Source of the DNA: Patescibacteria group bacterium
GTDB taxonomy: Bacteria; Patescibacteriota; Minisyncoccia; Moranbacterales; UBA2206
DNA: 64,000 nt
NCBI GenBank assembly: GCA_022709735.1
Contig: JAKLIG010000002.1
Coordinates: 130,028-194,027, forward strand
Reading direction: 5' to 3'
In this document: one piece after another, positions 1-7,883 of the stretch
How positions within the stretch are numbered: the stretch's first letter is position 1
How the letters are laid out: every line of letters starts with the position of its first letter
Notes under the pieces: generated by a model
Database searches by the model: none
Told to the model about the DNA's origin: nothing
Seen by the model: only the letters and a program-made list of their open reading frames with translations
Position numbers and translations under genes: made by a program

Positions 1-449
1 TCTCCTTCGCCAGTGCTTTCGGTTTTAACTTGTTCGTTTTTTGAAAGCTCCATATGCACTAGGCGTCTTTCATATGGCGACATTGGACGCATAACCACTG
101 CTCGTCCTTCACGAATTGCCTGCTCGGCCATATTTTTTGCCAGCGCAAAAACTGATGCATTTTTTTCTTGGCGATAAGAATTAACATCCAAAGTAAAGTT
201 AGCTTTGTTTTGAGTTTTCCCGCGAAAAATTATTCTCGCAATGTGCTGAAGCGCTTGAAGATTTACGCCATATTGCCCGATAAGATAATTCGATTCTTTT
301 GTTTTAATGTTGAAAATTAATTCCGGCTGGTCTTCTGTTTCTGTTTCATTGGCTTCCACCTGGCATTCAAATCCCATTTTTTGAACTAATTCTTCAACAG
401 TTTTTTTGATTTCTTCTTTTGCCTCTTCGCTTATTTTTTCGTTTTCCAT
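1..449 (-). CDS. jag: Jag/KhpB-like RNA-binding protein (KH + R3H domains); N-terminus at 449, C-terminus runs off the window
   Basis: Minus-strand translation from ATG (revcomp of cat 447-449) gives MENEKISEEAKEEIKK...IGQYGVNLQALQHIARI...YERRLVHMEL, a KH-like GxxG region and an R3H-like RRLVH motif. It sits downstream of yidC as in the conserved rpmH-rnpA-yidC-jag cluster. Confidence 0.7.
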   Translation of the reverse strand, partial: MENEKISEEAKEEIKKTVEELVQKMGFECQVEANETETEDQPELIFNIKTKESNYLIGQYGVNLQALQHIARIIFRGKTQNKANFTLDVNSYRQEKNASVFALAKNMAEQAIREGRAVVMRPMSPYERRLVHMELSKNEQVKTESTGEG

Positions 450-459
450 ATATTAAAAT

Positions 460-1218
460 TTAACTATTATTTTTTTCCTTTTGGAGCACTTTCATTTGCT
501 GAATTATAGCAAAAACCGTAGAAACAAGCCAGTAGAGAGAAAGCCCAGCTGGAAATTTTATCCCAATAAAAAGCGTGAGTAGTGGGCCAAAATACATCAT
601 CTGTTTAGACATCACCTGTGAAATATCTGGGGTAGAATTCTTATCTTGCGCCACTGTTTTCGGAGTTATCATTTTTATCTGAACATATTGCGCCACTGCC
701 GCCAAAACTATCAAAATAAGCTGGGGAACAACTTTAATATCCAACTGATTCAGGTTAATTGTTTTTGAAAGATCAATAATTCCCAGAAAATATTGATTGA
801 TTTGACCTGGGTTAGAAACAAAAGAATAAAGTTCTTTTGGATCAACTAGGAGTCCAGCCTTTGAAATATTAAAAAGCACTTGATAAATCGCAATTAAAAA
901 AATGAGCTGAAAAATTGTCGGCAAGCATCCAGAAAAAGGATTGGTTTTGTTTTGCTTATAAAATTCCATCAGCGCCCGGCTTTGCTTTTCCTTGTCGCCC
1001 TTGTGTTTTTCTTGAATTTCTTTGATTTTTGGCTGCATTTCCTGCATTTTTTTCTGTGATTCAATTTGCTTGCGACTAAGCGGTATTAGAATAAATTTCA
1101 AAACTAAAGTCACAATAATAATCGCCACGCCAAAATCATGGAAGGGGATAATGTTATAAACAAAAATTAAGAAGTTATAAATCGGACGATAGACAGTTTC
1201 TCCAAAAAGTAGTGACAT
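460..1218 (-). CDS. yidC: membrane protein insertase YidC (short form)
   Basis: 252-aa multi-TM ORF with a YidC-like C-terminal region (FPAGLSLYWLVSTVFAIIQQ); positioned between rnpA and jag. Confidence 0.85.
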   Translation of the reverse strand: MSLLFGETVYRPIYNFLIFVYNIIPFHDFGVAIIIVTLVLKFILIPLSRKQIESQKKMQEMQPKIKEIQEKHKGDKEKQSRALMEFYKQNKTNPFSGCLPTIFQLIFLIAIYQVLFNISKAGLLVDPKELYSFVSNPGQINQYFLGIIDLSKTINLNQLDIKVVPQLILIVLAAVAQYVQIKMITPKTVAQDKNSTPDISQVMSKQMMYFGPLLTLFIGIKFPAGLSLYWLVSTVFAIIQQMKVLQKEKNNS

Positions 1219-1245
1219 TTTATTTTATAAATTTATTGAAATTAA

Positions 1246-1587
1246 TTATACTAACTTGGCTTTTTCCAGCACTGACATTAAATCTCTTTCCAAGTCTTTG
1301 CTCAAAATTTCTTTTTTACTGCTCTTTTTTAGAGAAATTACCAAATCAAAGCTTTCTTTTATTTTTCCTATATTTTTTCTCACTATTTCCCTAAGTTGTC
1401 TCTTGATCCTATTCCTTTCCACGGCTTTTTTGGAAAATTTTATTCCCACAAGAAATCCTGCCCGAGTTTTTCCAGTGTTATTTTTTTTCACTTTCAAAAA
1501 AACTACTCCAAAAGAAAAAAAGCTGCCCAAGCGGTGGACTTCCTCAAAATCTTTTTTATTAGTGAGGCGGTTTTTGCGAGGAAGCAT
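1246..1587 (-). CDS. rnpA: ribonuclease P protein component
   Basis: 113-aa basic protein MLPRKNRLTNKKDFEEVHRLGSFF...; typical RnpA start and position directly downstream of rpmH. Confidence 0.85.
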   Translation of the reverse strand: MLPRKNRLTNKKDFEEVHRLGSFFSFGVVFLKVKKNNTGKTRAGFLVGIKFSKKAVERNRIKRQLREIVRKNIGKIKESFDLVISLKKSSKKEILSKDLERDLMSVLEKAKLV

Positions 1588-1596
1588 ATAAATAGA

Positions 1597-1731
1597 TTAC
1601 AGAGCTAGTTTTTTTCGGCCTTCTCTTCTTCTTCTTTTCAGGACATTTTTTCCGTTTTTTGTGCGATTTCTTTTTCGAAACCCGTGTCTTTTTTTTCTTT
1701 TAGCGCTTTTTGGCTTGTATGTTATACTCAT
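1597..1731 (-). CDS. rpmH: 50S ribosomal protein L34
   Basis: Not in the ORF track because it is under 60 aa. Manual minus-strand translation gives [44 protein letters not shown], the L34 signature. Start is revcomp of cat at 1729-1731; stop is tta at 1597-1599. Confidence 0.85.
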   Translation of the reverse strand: MSITYKPKSAKRKKRHGFRKRNRTKNGKNVLKRRRREGRKKLAL

Positions 1732-1739
1732 TTTTTTGT

Positions 1740-1950
1740 ACTTAATTAATTTAATTAGATTTTATCAGCTTGAGCGTTAAAAGTCAATTTATTTTGCAAA
1801 TATTTGCATTTATTTTATTTTTATATTATATCTAAATTAAGTTCATGCACATCTTATTAACATTCTTATCCACTTTTTACTTAGACTGATTTTTCTAGTT
1901 GTGATATACTTTTTTTACTGTCCAATTCTTTATTTAATTAACATAATAAA
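1740..1950. other. AT-rich dnaA upstream region with one DnaA-box-like 9-mer (TTATCCACT, 1866-1874); minor origin-associated region
   Basis: 8/9 match to TTATCCACA; very AT-rich spacer between divergent rpmH and dnaA. Confidence 0.3.
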
Positions 1951-3327
1951 ATGACCAACGAGGAGCTTTGGCAAACAGCCCTGGGGGAAATAGAGCTTTC
2001 AATTTCAAAGGCTAATTTCATCACTTGGTTTAAAAACACCGCCGTTCTTTCTATAAAAGACGGCCATGTGGTTGTTGGCGTGCCCAATGGTTTTGCCAAG
2101 GAATGGCTGGAAAATAAATATGACCTTTATATTTTACGCGCGCTTAAAAATATTCAAGAAGATATTAAATCTGTTTCTTGCCTAATTTCTTCCGGATCTC
2201 CCCAAAATTTCCCTAAAATAAGCCAAGAACCAACTGTAGACGCTATTCAAGCGCCGAAAAAAACAACTTCTTTTTTTGAAAAAAAAGCACCAATAAGCCA
2301 AGAAAGTAATCTTAATCATCGCTATACTTTTGAAAATTTCGTTATTGGAGGGAGTAATGAGCTTGCCCGCGCCGCCTGTTTTGCTGTTTCTCAAAGTCTC
2401 GGTAATGTTTATAACCCACTTTTCATTTATGGCGGGGTTGGGCTTGGAAAAACCCACCTTATTCAGTCTATTGGCAACGAAGCCCTAAGATTAAACCCAA
2501 AAATTAGAGTTAAATATATTTCTTCGGAAAGATTCACTAGCGACCTTATTGATTCCATAAAAAACCAAAAAATCAAGGAATTTAAGGAATATTACCAAAA
2601 AATCGACCTTCTTATTATCGATGATATTCAGTTTATTTCCGGCAAAGAAAAAACCCAAGAAGAGTTTTTCCATATTTTCAACTATCTTTATCAATTAAAC
2701 AAGCAAATTGTCCTTTCTAGCGACCGGGCGCCAAAAGCCATCCAAATTCTAGAGGAAAGACTTCGTTCGCGCTTTGAGGGCGGGATGATTGCTGATGTTT
2801 CTAAACCCGACCTTGAAACAAGACTAGCCATTCTCAAAAGAAAAGTAGCTCAAGATGGGGTAGAAATCACCGAAGACGCCCTAGAATTCATCGCCACAAA
2901 CATTAAAAATAACATTCGTGAACTAGAAGGCGCCCTAAACCGTGTTTCTGTGAGCGCCCAATTAACTAAAAAATCAGTAGATTCTGCTTATACAAAGCAA
3001 ATTTTGTCAGATATCATCTCTAGTGGAAAGAAAAAAGGCATTACTCATAAACACATAATTAAGGTTGTTTCTGATTTTTATGAGATAGATCCGAGTGATT
3101 TAATCGCTAAAAACAGAAAGCAAGAAGTGGTAAAGCCCCGTCAAATAGCGATGTTTCTTATGCGAAGCGAGCTTTCCTACTCTTATCCTGGGATTGGCGA
3201 TAAATTAGGCGGAAGAGATCATACTACTGCTATTCATGCTTACGAAAAAATTTCTGAAGCCCTAAAAATAGACGAAAAACTTACTGAAGAATTAGCCACC
3301 ATAAAAGATCTCCTTTATACAATTTAG
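1951..3327 (+). CDS. dnaA: chromosomal replication initiator DnaA
   Basis: 458 aa; Walker A GGVGLGKTHL; AAA+ boxes; C-terminal DNA-binding domain (HTTAIHAYEKI). Confidence 0.95.
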   Translation: MTNEELWQTALGEIELSISKANFITWFKNTAVLSIKDGHVVVGVPNGFAKEWLENKYDLYILRALKNIQEDIKSVSCLISSGSPQNFPKISQEPTVDAIQAPKKTTSFFEKKAPISQESNLNHRYTFENFVIGGSNELARAACFAVSQSLGNVYNPLFIYGGVGLGKTHLIQSIGNEALRLNPKIRVKYISSERFTSDLIDSIKNQKIKEFKEYYQKIDLLIIDDIQFISGKEKTQEEFFHIFNYLYQLNKQIVLSSDRAPKAIQILEERLRSRFEGGMIADVSKPDLETRLAILKRKVAQDGVEITEDALEFIATNIKNNIRELEGALNRVSVSAQLTKKSVDSAYTKQILSDIISSGKKKGITHKHIIKVVSDFYEIDPSDLIAKNRKQEVVKPRQIAMFLMRSELSYSYPGIGDKLGGRDHTTAIHAYEKISEALKIDEKLTEELATIKDLLYTI

Positions 3328-3339
3328 TCAAAATTGGGC

Positions 3340-3605
3340 ATATCCTGTGGATAATCTATTTATATCTACCCCCAAAACCCTGTGGCTAACCCTAAAAATA
3401 AAATGTTTTTAACCTGAAGTATTTTTAAAAAATCAAAAAATACTCCAAAACATACCCCACTAAAAACACCCTCGAAAAACACTTATCCCACACTTATCAA
3501 CACATATTTTAGTTTATATAAAGCAAATTCTAAACTTATCCCCCAAAATACCTTCCATAATAAATAGTAGTAAGTTTATATTAATTAATAAAATATTAAA
3601 ATACT
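3340..3605. other. candidate oriC: DnaA-box cluster plus AT-rich unwinding element between dnaA and dnaN
   Basis: Perfect box TGTGGATAA (3346-3354). Degenerate boxes TGTGGCTAA (3381-3389), TTATCCCAC (3484-3492), TTATCAACA (3495-3503) and TTATCCCCC (3535-3543). Followed by an extremely AT-rich stretch at 3560-3600 just before dnaN. Confidence 0.55.
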
Positions 3606-4763
3606 ATGAAACTAATTTGCACTCAAGAAAATTTTAAAAAGGCTATTTATAATTGTGAGAGAGTAGTTTCTAAAAAAAATACTCTACCAATTTTAAATAA
3701 CATTCTTTTTGAAGCCCAAAAGGGTAGTTTAAAGCTATCTGCCACAAACCTAGAAATAGGTGTTTCTTCAAAAATAGGCGCAAAAATAGAAAAAGAGGGG
3801 AAAATAACCATCCCAGTAAGAATTATTAGTAATTTTTCCACTAATTTGCCAGGTGGTGAAAATATAACTCTAGAGCTTTTGGATAATAATTTGAAAATAA
3901 AAAGCGGGGGAAATAGAGCTGTATTAAAGGGAATTTCTGCGGAAGATTTTCCTCTTATTCCTTCTAAAAAAACCGAAAACCTATTAGATTTGTCTAGTTT
4001 TGAGTTAAAAAACGCCATTTTAAAGGTTATGCCAGCAGTAGCCTTTAATGAAGCGAGGCAAGAATTAACTGGAATTAACCTTATTTTAAGGGAAAAAGAG
4101 CTTTGTTTTGCGGCCACTGATAGTTTTCGTTTGGCGGAATTTAGGCTTAAAATAGAGGAAAAAAACACAAATCCGGTTAATTATAGGGCTTTTATTGAAA
4201 AAAATGAAAATATTATCATTCCTTCAAATGTACTTCTAGAACTTAATCGAATTTTAGCGCCGGAAATTGAAACTAGAGTAAAAATTACAATTGAAGAAGG
4301 GCAGATATTTTTTGAGATTGATGGCACAAAACTAGTTTCCCGGCTTATTAATGGGAAATATCCGGAATATAAACATATAATGCCGACAAATTTCAAAACT
4401 AGGATAGTGGGCGAGAAGCAAGTTTTGCAAAACGCAATCAAAATGGCGAGTGTTTTTTCTTCTGGTGGATCAAATGAGATAACGCTAAAAATTGAGGCAG
4501 AAGAAAAGAAAATATCTATTCTATCCTCGAGTGCAGAAGCAGGAGAAAACACCGCAGAGCTCAAGTTTGACATTACTGGGCCGTCTCAAGAAGTGGTGTT
4601 TAATTCTAAATATCTTTTGGATGGAATTAATTCAATTTCTTCCGGTCAGGTGGCAATTTTATTAAATAGCGAGGCTACGCCAGTGGCCGTTCGGGAAATT
4701 AATGAAAAAACCGGCGAAGTTTTGGATGATTTCACTTACATCGTTATGCCGATTAAGAATTAA
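3606..4763 (+). CDS. dnaN: DNA polymerase III beta sliding clamp
   Basis: 385 aa, MKLICTQENFKKAI... three-domain clamp-like length; immediately after dnaA. Confidence 0.9.
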   Translation: MKLICTQENFKKAIYNCERVVSKKNTLPILNNILFEAQKGSLKLSATNLEIGVSSKIGAKIEKEGKITIPVRIISNFSTNLPGGENITLELLDNNLKIKSGGNRAVLKGISAEDFPLIPSKKTENLLDLSSFELKNAILKVMPAVAFNEARQELTGINLILREKELCFAATDSFRLAEFRLKIEEKNTNPVNYRAFIEKNENIIIPSNVLLELNRILAPEIETRVKITIEEGQIFFEIDGTKLVSRLINGKYPEYKHIMPTNFKTRIVGEKQVLQNAIKMASVFSSGGSNEITLKIEAEEKKISILSSSAEAGENTAELKFDITGPSQEVVFNSKYLLDGINSISSGQVAILLNSEATPVAVREINEKTGEVLDDFTYIVMPIKN

Positions 4764-4789
4764 GAAGAAAGAAGTAGGAAGTAAGATAT

Positions 4790-4905
4790 AAATAAAATCC
4801 AAAGTTCAAAGCTCAAATTCCAAATAAAGCCAAAATGACAAAATTAAAAATTTAGATTTTGGATTTGATTTGGAATAATTTGGATTTTGGAATTTGAATT
4901 TAATA
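4790..4905. repeat. imperfect inverted repeat built from CAAAGTTCAAA/TCCAAAT units (left arm) and their complements TTTGGATTTTGGAATTTGAATTT (right arm)
   Basis: Read directly: aaatccaaagttcaaagctcaaattccaaataaagccaaaatgacaaaat ... attttggatttgatttggaataatttggattttggaatttgaattt. The right arm runs into the annotated trxB start. Confidence 0.5.
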
Positions 4906-5840
4906 TGGTGAATAATAATATTTATGATTTAATAATTATTGGTGCAGGACCAGCGGGACTCTCGGCTTCGATTTATGCTTCGCGCTACGCGATAAAACAT
5001 CTTATTGTCGGCACGGTTTTGGGTGGGCAAATTACCGAGACACATAAAATTGACAACTATCCCGGCATGGAAGATATGAGTGGTTTTGAGTTTGGACAAC
5101 TTTGGGGGAAGCATGCAAAAAAATATGGCGTGGAAATTATTCCATCTTTAGTTCAAGAAATTGAAAAAGAAAATAATATTTTCAGTTTAACTTTAGCGGA
5201 CAAAAACATCTTAAAAGCGCGGACTATTCTTTTAGCCACTGGCACGAAAAAAAGAGAATTAAATATTCTTGGAGAAAAAGAATTTCTTGGCAAAGGTGTT
5301 TCTTATTGCGCCACTTGTGATGGATTTTTTTATAAAAATAAAAATGTCGGCGTAATTGGTGGATCAGATAGCGCCGTTACTTCCGCGTTATACTTGGCTG
5401 ATTTAGCCCAGAAAGTTTTTTTAATTTATCGAAAAAGTGAACTTCGCGCCGAACCGTTTTGGGTGGAGCTGGTTAAGAAAAATAATAAAATTGAAGTAAT
5501 CTATGATACAAATGTTATAGAGATAATGGGCAAAGAAAAATTAGAAAAAGTAAAATTAGATAAAAGTTATAATAATTCAGATGAGTTAAATTTAAACGGA
5601 CTTTTTATTGAAGCCGGATCAGAACCAAGTGTAGATTATATTGAAAATTTAGGCGTTGAAACAGATGAAGGCGGATACATAAAAATCCAAAAAAACGGCG
5701 CGACGAATATTCCGGGAATTTTTTCGGCTGGCGATATTACCGACGGTTCTGACAAATTTAGGCAAGTCATTACCGCTGCTTCCGAAGGGGCAATTTCTGC
5801 CAGAGGAATTTATAATTGGCTTCGAAAAGAAGGGAAATGA
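4887..5840 (+). CDS. trxB: thioredoxin-disulfide reductase
   Basis: FAD motif IIGAGPAGLSASIYA; redox-active CATCDG; NADPH site GGSDSAVTSALYL. The true start is probably the second ATG at 4905 (MVNNNIYDLIII...), because the first 18 nt belong to the upstream repeat. Confidence 0.85.
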   Translation: MEFEFNMVNNNIYDLIIIGAGPAGLSASIYASRYAIKHLIVGTVLGGQITETHKIDNYPGMEDMSGFEFGQLWGKHAKKYGVEIIPSLVQEIEKENNIFSLTLADKNILKARTILLATGTKKRELNILGEKEFLGKGVSYCATCDGFFYKNKNVGVIGGSDSAVTSALYLADLAQKVFLIYRKSELRAEPFWVELVKKNNKIEVIYDTNVIEIMGKEKLEKVKLDKSYNNSDELNLNGLFIEAGSEPSVDYIENLGVETDEGGYIKIQKNGATNIPGIFSAGDITDGSDKFRQVITAASEGAISARGIYNWLRKEGK

Positions 5841-6118
5841 AATCTCTAAAAAATCTTTTATATAAAAGAGAAAAAAAGAAATCCATTGCGCTTACGGACA
5901 AGGATATTTTTTATATTTTTTCTAAAATCATCAAAGAAGAATTTGGAAATGTTGGAGCAGAAAAACTCAAGGCAGATTATTTCAAAAATAAAACTATTTT
6001 TGTGAGGTCTTCGAGCTCCGCTTGGGCGAGCGAACTTTTTTCCAACCGGAATACTATTATTCGGAAAATAAATAAAGAATTAGGAGAGGGGGAAATAAGA
6101 GAAATAAAAATGAAATAA
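5816..6118 (+). CDS. DUF721/DciA-like small protein
   Basis: About 95 aa with ...FVRSSSSAWASELFSNRNTIIRKIN..., typical of DUF721 proteins found near dnaA/dnaN. The likely start is ATG 5837 overlapping the trxB stop (ATGA). Confidence 0.45.
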   Translation: MASKRREMKSLKNLLYKREKKKSIALTDKDIFYIFSKIIKEEFGNVGAEKLKADYFKNKTIFVRSSSSAWASELFSNRNTIIRKINKELGEGEIREIKMK

Positions 6119-6120
6119 AA

Positions 6121-6157
6121 AAGCGAATCGGCTTTGTAATAAATAACCGATTCGCTT
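6121..6157. terminator. bidirectional intrinsic terminator hairpin between convergent genes
   Basis: AAGCGAATCGG (6121-6131) ... CCGATTCGCTT (6147-6157), a perfect 11-bp stem. The A-run on the plus side gives a U-run for the minus-strand transcript. Confidence 0.6.
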
Positions 6158-6185
6158 TCTAAAGAACATATTTTCTCTTCCTTTT

Positions 6186-6455
6186 TTATAAGCGCTGACG
6201 CTGAAAATCATTAATAGCATACTCTTTGAGCGCTTCCCAATGCTCATAAGGCAAAGTAATTCGCTTGCAAAGCACTGTGGTATCAACAAGGCCTGCAATT
6301 GTTAGTTTGAATTCAACGCCGTCTTCCCTAAATTTTACCTCGCGATCTTGAGGTGAAACAAAGATGCTTTTGCAAACATTAAGCGTGACTTCGCCTTTGT
6401 AGTTATAGTCTGAATCGTTTCTTTCGAATAGTACCGGAATTATAAAGTGTGTCAT
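6186..6455 (-). CDS. hypothetical protein (89 aa)
   Basis: ORF with a terminator just downstream; no recognisable family. Confidence 0.45.
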   Translation of the reverse strand: MTHFIIPVLFERNDSDYNYKGEVTLNVCKSIFVSPQDREVKFREDGVEFKLTIAGLVDTTVLCKRITLPYEHWEALKEYAINDFQRQRL

Positions 6456-6633
6456 TTTTTTTCTCCTTTTTCTATGGGTTTTTAAACAACAAGCCTGTTT
6501 TTAGGCTTTGGGTGAGTATAGTATAGTTTAGTTGAGTGGCCAATATGACCATTTGGTGATTAGTATCACCTTGACAAAAGGAAATGTTTAATATAAGCTG
6601 ACAATAATAAACAATACAAGTAAGTTAATAACC

Positions 6634-6717
6634 GTCATTCTGAGTGAAACGAAGAATCTGCCGAAAAATATTACCGGCTATATTATCAAGTAGATCCTTC
6701 ACTGCGTTCAGGATGAC
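6634..6717. repeat. 25-bp imperfect inverted repeat (21/25 pairs including G-U) separated by 34 nt, in the 5' leader region of the TrmB-like gene
   Basis: GTCATTCTGAGTGAAACGAAGAATC (6634-6658) pairs with GATCCTTCACTGCGTTCAGGATGAC (6693-6717). Confidence 0.5.
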
Positions 6718-6729
6718 GACCTTATTTTT

Positions 6730-7476
6730 ATGCTAACAGAAGTTTTGCAAAATTTAGGGCTATCGCCCAATGAAGCTAAAATCTATGAAGCTTTGTTGGA
6801 TTTAAAAGAATCTGGCGTGGGAGAAATTTCTACTCACGCCAAAGTGCACCGGAGAAATGTCTATGATGCTATAAAGCGCCTCATCGACAAAGGCTTGGTT
6901 TTTCCAATTCTCACCAAAGGCGAAAATATTTATGCGCCGGTTGACCCCGGGAAGTTATCGGAAATAATAAAAGAAAAAGAAATTGAACTGAACAAAATAC
7001 TTCCGGAACTTCAAGTGAAATATCAAAAAAAATCAGCGAGCCAGGAGGCCTATATTTATCGGGGCGTGGAAGGATTCAAAAATTTTATGCGGGATATGAT
7101 TAGAGTCGGCGAAGATATTTATGCCATTGGCGCAAAACTGGCGTGGCTTGATCCGGAGATCCAAAATTTTTCCGAGCAGATTATGAAAGAAATAAAACGG
7201 AAAAAAATCAACATGCATATTTTGTTTGATGAAAAAGTGAAAGAGGCTGGCGAAGAAAGTTATAAAAAATTCGGTAATAACTATCGATTTATTCCAAATA
7301 AGTATCTAACCAATTCCACGATTAATATTTTTGGCGACTATGTCGTCAATTACACCGGGCTCTATGTCAAAAAAATAGACGAGAAGGGCACGATGTTTGT
7401 TATTCGCGACCAAAAAATCGCCGACAGCTATCGGAAGTGGTTTGAATTTTTATGGGATAATTGTTCGAAGAAATAA
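6730..7476 (+). CDS. TrmB-family HTH transcriptional regulator (paralog 1 of 3)
   Basis: N-terminal winged HTH ...LGLSPNEAKIYEALLDLKESGVGEIS...; same architecture and length as the ORFs at 31552 and 49345. Confidence 0.7.
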   Translation: MLTEVLQNLGLSPNEAKIYEALLDLKESGVGEISTHAKVHRRNVYDAIKRLIDKGLVFPILTKGENIYAPVDPGKLSEIIKEKEIELNKILPELQVKYQKKSASQEAYIYRGVEGFKNFMRDMIRVGEDIYAIGAKLAWLDPEIQNFSEQIMKEIKRKKINMHILFDEKVKEAGEESYKKFGNNYRFIPNKYLTNSTINIFGDYVVNYTGLYVKKIDEKGTMFVIRDQKIADSYRKWFEFLWDNCSKK

Positions 7477-7561
7477 TTTTAGTAATTTGACATCAATTAA
7501 TAAAAAGTGCTAAGAAAATAATACAAAATCTAAAACATTTTAATTTTCAGGAGGGAAAATT

Positions 7562-7813
7562 ATGCTAACTATTTGCAATGAATCCGGTTGTAATGGAGGG
7601 GCGGTAAAAGGAACCATCCTATTTTCAGAAAAAGGAGCTTGGGTAGATGGAGTGTATTGCAAAAAATGTGGCAGAGTACACAAAAGAAAACCAACTGGTA
7701 TTTTGATCCCAGTTTTCACACAAACAGGTGGAAAAATATTTTACAGTCCGATTTTGGGATCAATTGTTCTTCTAAAACCAAGAATGGCCGAAGAAGAAAA
7801 AAGAAAAAATTAA
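7562..7813 (+). CDS. small zinc-ribbon-like protein (CxxC...CxxC)
   Basis: 83 aa, CNESGCNGG...CKKCGRV; strong SD aggagg 6 nt upstream. Confidence 0.5.
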   Translation: MLTICNESGCNGGAVKGTILFSEKGAWVDGVYCKKCGRVHKRKPTGILIPVFTQTGGKIFYSPILGSIVLLKPRMAEEEKRKN

Positions 7814-7883
7814 AAAAAATTATTCTAACAAAAAAAGAGAACGCCAATGACGCTCCCTTTAATCATTTTTATGGTATAAGCTT

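Noticed and set aside
1396-1608. 70-aa plus-strand ORF in the track between rnpA and dnaA
   Set aside because: It overlaps rpmH/rnpA on the opposite strand. The region is fully explained by the minus-strand L34 gene (1597-1731), which has a canonical protein sequence.
2182-4573. Several 60-170-aa antisense or out-of-frame ORFs inside dnaA and dnaN (2182-2457, 2491-2694, 3647-4168, 4181-4573)
   Set aside because: They lie within well-supported conserved genes, have no RBS and are low-complexity; typical shadow ORFs. The same reasoning applies to the many short ORFs inside PBP1A, pilB, polA, ppsA, dnaG and rpoD.
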